DNA of 32,000 bases, from assembly GCA_023818895.1 (NCBI GenBank), contig JAMWCX010000001.1, forward strand, positions 149,789 to 181,788, in the 5' to 3' direction. Made by a program: the position numbers and the translations under genes. Below are positions 28,795-32,000 of the stretch, in pieces. The stretch is from Candidatus Omnitrophota bacterium. GTDB lineage: Bacteria; Omnitrophota; Gorgyraeia; 2-01-FULL-45-10. The stretch's first letter is position 1. Each line of letters begins with the position of its first letter. A model generated the notes under the pieces. That model saw nothing but the letters and a program-made list of their open reading frames with translations, was not told the origin of the DNA and searched no databases.

Positions 28795-30012
28795 TTAATT
28801 CCTCCGGGAAATCTTTCGGTTGACTTTCGTGAAATCAATGCCTCTTGCGCGGTACCACTCTATGCTGTATGCCCGAAGATCTTCCCACGCGAGGGTTTTG
28901 TCCGGCTTTTTAGGCTCCCTCAATGAGATGAGCCTGTCGGTGCACGAAAAACACGGGTCTATAGCGGCTATAACGATAGGCAAGTCGGCAAGTTGTCTGT
29001 CCTCCAGCATCTTCGCCACGGTCTGCAGATTGGCGAGCGTTGGTGCTCTTACCTTGACGCGCTCGGGCCTGTCTGTGCCGTCGGCCTTTACATAATGAAC
29101 GTCTTCTCCCCGCGGTGCCTCATAACGGCTGAAGGCCTCACCGGCAGGTATCTTGCGGGGCGCCTTGACCGATATGGGGCCGGTCGGCATCTCTTTTAGC
29201 GCCTGGCGTATCATCTTGTAGGATTCCATGAGCTCTCCTAAGCGCACCAGGGTCCTGCCATATACGTCACAATGATCGTCAGTTATTACCTTGAATTCAA
29301 GTTTATCGTAAGCGGCATAAGGGTCGTCTTTACGGGTGTCGCGAGGTATGCCGGATGCCCGTGCCGTCGGGCCAACCGCGCCCAAAGAAAGGGCGTCTTC
29401 GTGAGAAAGGATGCCTACGCAAGATAATCTCTTTATGAGAGTCGTTTCCTCTTTGGCGAGCTGTATGTAATATTTGGTCCTCTCCTCAAGGATGTCCATA
29501 GCCTTCAATATGTCTGAGATTTCAGAAGCATCTATGTTGCGCCTGACGCCACCGATAGTATTTATGCCGTAATTGACACGGTTTCCTGTAAGCTCTGCTA
29601 GTATGTCCATCACGACTTCCCTGTCGCGCCATGTGTACATGAGAAGCGTGTCAAAACCTATCTCATGTCCGGCGACTCCGAGCCATAAAAGATGCGAGTG
29701 GATTCTCTCCAGCTCCGCGATTATCGTGCGTATATAAAGCGCCCTTTCGGGTACGCTGAGGCCCGCTATCTCTTCTACGGCTTGGACAAAGGCGGTTGAA
29801 TGGGCATGAGAACATATGCCGCATATGCGTTCGACAAGGTAGACGTCCTGAATGTATGTTCGCTCTTCACACGCCTTTTCTATCCCCCTGTGGTTATAGC
29901 CGAGCCTCGCGCTGAATGCCATGATCCTCTCTCCGCTCAGCGTGACGCTGAAGCTTTCCGGTTCCTTAAGCGCTGGATGCTGGGGGCCTATGGGTATAAC
30001 CACTTTACGCAT
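28795..30012 (-). CDS. Group-4 [NiFe]-hydrogenase large subunit (NuoD/HycE/MbhL-like)
   Basis: 405 aa. Both Ni-binding Cys pairs are retained (RICGICSHAH near the N-terminus and DPCFSCTDR near the C-terminus). An about 45-aa C-terminal extension is consistent with processing by HycI. Confidence 0.85.
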   Translation of the reverse strand: MRKVVIPIGPQHPALKEPESFSVTLSGERIMAFSARLGYNHRGIEKACEERTYIQDVYLVERICGICSHAHSTAFVQAVEEIAGLSVPERALYIRTIIAELERIHSHLLWLGVAGHEIGFDTLLMYTWRDREVVMDILAELTGNRVNYGINTIGGVRRNIDASEISDILKAMDILEERTKYYIQLAKEETTLIKRLSCVGILSHEDALSLGAVGPTARASGIPRDTRKDDPYAAYDKLEFKVITDDHCDVYGRTLVRLGELMESYKMIRQALKEMPTGPISVKAPRKIPAGEAFSRYEAPRGEDVHYVKADGTDRPERVKVRAPTLANLQTVAKMLEDRQLADLPIVIAAIDPCFSCTDRLISLREPKKPDKTLAWEDLRAYSIEWYRARGIDFTKVNRKISRRN

Positions 30013-30493
30013 TGTCCGTACGCTCCTTTATAATATTATTAGCCGAGGCGTTCTTTTTCCAGTTTTTGCGCAATGGATACTCGCCCTTTGGCCAGTTGTC
30101 TGGAAGCGGATAGCGGTTGCCTGGCCCAAGGCCAGCTATCTCCACCCCCAGAAGGTCGGCGATCTCTCTTTCATAAATCTCTGCCGCCGGAAAGTAAGGC
30201 GTGATTGTATTCATCAGGGGTTTCTCATAAGAAACGGAAGTCTTGATACTGAGCACTATGCCATCAGTTCGCGCGATATGGTATATGAGCCCTATGGACT
30301 GCCTTTCGTCCAGCCCTGTTATAGTGCACAGGATTGAGAATCGCAGTATCTTAATAGCATAGCCTAACACCTCTTCGAAGGAATCCTTGTCTACCTCCGC
30401 CATTATGCGTCGCGCCCGTTGGACTCGTATTTTTCCTGACAGGCTCCTGAATTTTTCCGTAAGATCGTTCGCTATCTTGTCTTCAGAAGTCAT
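30005..30493 (-). CDS. Hydrogenase NuoC/MbhK-like subunit
   Basis: 162 aa located between the small and large subunits. It contains a NuoC-like core (ITGLDE...YHIA...YPAAEIYEREIADLLGVEI). Confidence 0.7.
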   Translation of the reverse strand: MTSEDKIANDLTEKFRSLSGKIRVQRARRIMAEVDKDSFEEVLGYAIKILRFSILCTITGLDERQSIGLIYHIARTDGIVLSIKTSVSYEKPLMNTITPYFPAAEIYEREIADLLGVEIAGLGPGNRYPLPDNWPKGEYPLRKNWKKNASANNIIKERTDNA

Positions 30494-30496
30494 GCC

Positions 30497-30937
30497 TTAT
30501 TCCTCCCTCTGCTCAAGGCTGGCCAATAACTTGACCACACCGTCTATTATCGCCGTTGGAGCGGCGGGGCAGCCAGGAATGTATGCCGAGACCGGAATTA
30601 CGCTGTCAATACCAGATTCTACATTGTAGCAGCCGTTGAATACGCCGCCCGAGCAGGCGCAGCTACCTACCGCGATGACGAATTTCGGTTGGGGCATCTG
30701 ATCGTATATCCTCTTCAGGCGGTCCTTTATCTGTCCCGTAACCGGCCCTGAGCATAAGAGTATGTCAGCGTGTCGCGGCGTGCCTTTCAACATCACTCCG
30801 AATCTCTCCATGTCGTATCTGGGCGTGAGAGCGGCCACTATTTCTATGTCGCAGGCATTACAGGCGCCGGTGTTGAAGTGAAGCATCCAAGGCGATTTTA
30901 TCCTAGACCATTTAACTATTTTATCTTTTATACGCAT
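30497..30937 (-). CDS. Group-4 [NiFe]-hydrogenase small subunit (NuoB/HycG/MbhJ-like)
   Basis: 146 aa. The [4Fe-4S] ligands are in GACNACDIE, GSCACSGG and IPGCPAAP. Confidence 0.85.
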   Translation of the reverse strand: MRIKDKIVKWSRIKSPWMLHFNTGACNACDIEIVAALTPRYDMERFGVMLKGTPRHADILLCSGPVTGQIKDRLKRIYDQMPQPKFVIAVGSCACSGGVFNGCYNVESGIDSVIPVSAYIPGCPAAPTAIIDGVVKLLASLEQREE

Positions 30938-30938
30938 C

Positions 30939-31271
30939 TTATCTCCTGAAAAGCATCGACAATCCTACTACCGCTCCGGCTATGTATATGACGGCGATCG
31001 CAAACGACCCCTTTGTCTCGACAGGCACCGTCGCTATCATTAGAGCGACTACGTGAAGCACGGTGAAGAAGAACGCGAATGGAAAAAACTGGCTGTAGTC
31101 CGGCTGCATCAGGTGCGTAGGCACGTCTTCGCCGCAGGCGTATGACTTGCCTATATCAGGCGGCTGTTTTTTGGGCTTGAAAGAAAGACTTCTTAACATG
31201 TGTGCGAATAGGACTACGATGAAAAGCGTTATTAAAAATCCTATAGGCGGAGATAATAAAATATTATACAT
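30939..31271 (-). CDS. Small 3-TM hydrogenase membrane subunit (NuoA/MbhI-like, tentative)
   Basis: 110 aa with three hydrophobic helices. YACGEDV resembles the YECG motif of NuoA. It is tightly packed between the Mrp-like subunits and the small-subunit gene. Confidence 0.45.
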   Translation of the reverse strand: MYNILLSPPIGFLITLFIVVLFAHMLRSLSFKPKKQPPDIGKSYACGEDVPTHLMQPDYSQFFPFAFFFTVLHVVALMIATVPVETKGSFAIAVIYIAGAVVGLSMLFRR

Positions 31272-31273
31272 GC

Positions 31274-31594
31274 TTATCCTCGCAGTTTTTTAAGCTCTCG
31301 GGCATCGAGGCCGTTAGTGTGTCTGAAAACCCGCAGGGCTATTCCGCCTGCCACGGCGGCTACCACCACCTCTATGACTATTACAGTGATGACTATCGCC
31401 TGCGTAAGCGCGTTTCTGCCCGTAACGTATCCAACTACTATGATAAGGAGCGTAACCGCCTTGAACAGGAGCTCGAGCCCTATTATAGCGCGAATAAGGT
31501 TTCGTGTAACAAGTAAACAGTATAAACCACATACCGAAAGAAGGATGATGAAAAAGCCAAACGTCATGAAGACTTGCCAGTTTTCACCACTCAT
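31274..31594 (-). CDS. MrpC/MnhC/NuoK-like membrane subunit (MbhG-like)
   Basis: The likely start MSGENWQVFMTFGFFIILLSVCGLYCLLVTRNLIRAIIGLELLFKAV is at 31594, preceded by GAGGAG. The pattern is typical of MnhC/NuoK. Confidence 0.7.
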   Translation of the reverse strand: MSGENWQVFMTFGFFIILLSVCGLYCLLVTRNLIRAIIGLELLFKAVTLLIIVVGYVTGRNALTQAIVITVIVIEVVVAAVAGGIALRVFRHTNGLDARELKKLRG

Positions 31595-32000
31595 CTTTCT
31601 TTCTCTCCTCAAAAAGGACAACCACGCCGAGGGCGCCAATTATTATTATGATGATCTGCCCGAACATATCTAAAGGCCGCATGTTCCACATGACCTGCCT
31701 GACATCGATGGAGGCGCCGACGGCAGGAGGCGCGGCGATATTATTCCTTATCTTCACAAAAGTTAACACAACCGCTACCAGTATCAGCAGTAGTGGAAGG
31801 TAGCCGAACCTCTTATGCCGCTCCCTTGAAAGCTCCACTATCTCCTTATGGGCAAGAGGCCTGGTCAAGCTTATGGTGCTGACAAATACTACCGTCATCA
31901 AGCCAGCGCATACGGACAGCTCAAATACCGCGGCAAGGGGCGAGTCGAGCCGGAACATGAGTATTGTTATGATAGCGCTTGTTACCGCAAGGCCTATCGC
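31584..32000 (-). CDS. MrpB/MnhB-domain membrane subunit, 5'-truncated by the window edge
   Basis: The reading frame stays open from 31958 to position 32000 (AIGLAVTSAIITILMFRLDSPLAAVFELSVCAGLMTVVF...). The ATG at 31958 is therefore probably internal. Confidence 0.6.
   Translation of the reverse strand, partial: AIGLAVTSAIITILMFRLDSPLAAVFELSVCAGLMTVVFVSTISLTRPLAHKEIVELSRERHKRFGYLPLLLILVAVVLTFVKIRNNIAAPPAVGASIDVRQVMWNMRPLDMFGQIIIIIIGALGVVVLFEERKKDEW

Noticed and set aside
28795-30937. Reading the NuoB/C/D/H/I-like genes as a respiratory complex I (Nuo) fragment.
   Set aside because: The NuoD-like subunit keeps both Ni-binding cysteine pairs (RICGICSHAH and DPCFSCTDR) and has a C-terminal extension. 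A HycI-type maturation protease follows the cluster. Both features point to a true [NiFe]-hydrogenase.

Overview
A 32-kb bacterial window, coded almost entirely on the minus strand. By content it looks like an anaerobic, probably uncultured lineage, but I cannot assign taxonomy from sequence alone. It has three parts. (1) An accessory region at 1-8900 and 18230-21960 holds seven genes for secreted proteins ending in PEP-CTERM (exosortase) sorting signals. These are three intact LamG/ConA-like lectin-fold proteins, one decayed LamG paralog, two beta-propeller repeat proteins and one 1121-aa beta-helix protein. Four of the transcription units start with the same about 150-220 nt leader. Read on the minus strand, this leader carries the hallmark core of the c-di-GMP-I (GEMM-I) riboswitch (GCAAACC-stem-GAAA-stem-GGGACGCAAAGC ... 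GUUGCCG). A small conserved hairpin and an intrinsic terminator follow it, and a conserved sigma70-like promoter precedes it. Compensatory base changes between copies support the RNA structure. The 5' junction differs from the textbook Vibrio cholerae Vc2 aptamer, and one copy has a 76-nt insertion in the aptamer core, so ligand specificity is open. An HTH-Doc toxin-antitoxin pair sits between two of these cassettes. (2) A core metabolic operon at 8919-18169 encodes a TrpB2-like enzyme, a ferritin-like protein, a TreT-like glycosyltransferase, a tandem-duplicated unknown protein, OtsB, an OtsA with an N-terminal TM-sensor-HAMP module, an ATP-PFK and small DUF-like proteins. (3) The region at 21980-32000 encodes a Ski2-like helicase, a YgiQ radical-SAM protein, a HAD hydrolase and a PPC-domain protein. 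It ends with a group-4 membrane-bound [NiFe]-hydrogenase cluster with Mrp-like subunits and a HycI-type protease, which runs off the window end. The best candidate for something new is the family of riboswitch-gated, recombining PEP-CTERM surface-protein cassettes that share an uncharacterised module just before the PEP-CTERM tail. No rRNA, tRNA, CRISPR array, transposase or integrase was recognised. All homology statements come from motif recognition by eye, because no searches could be run.
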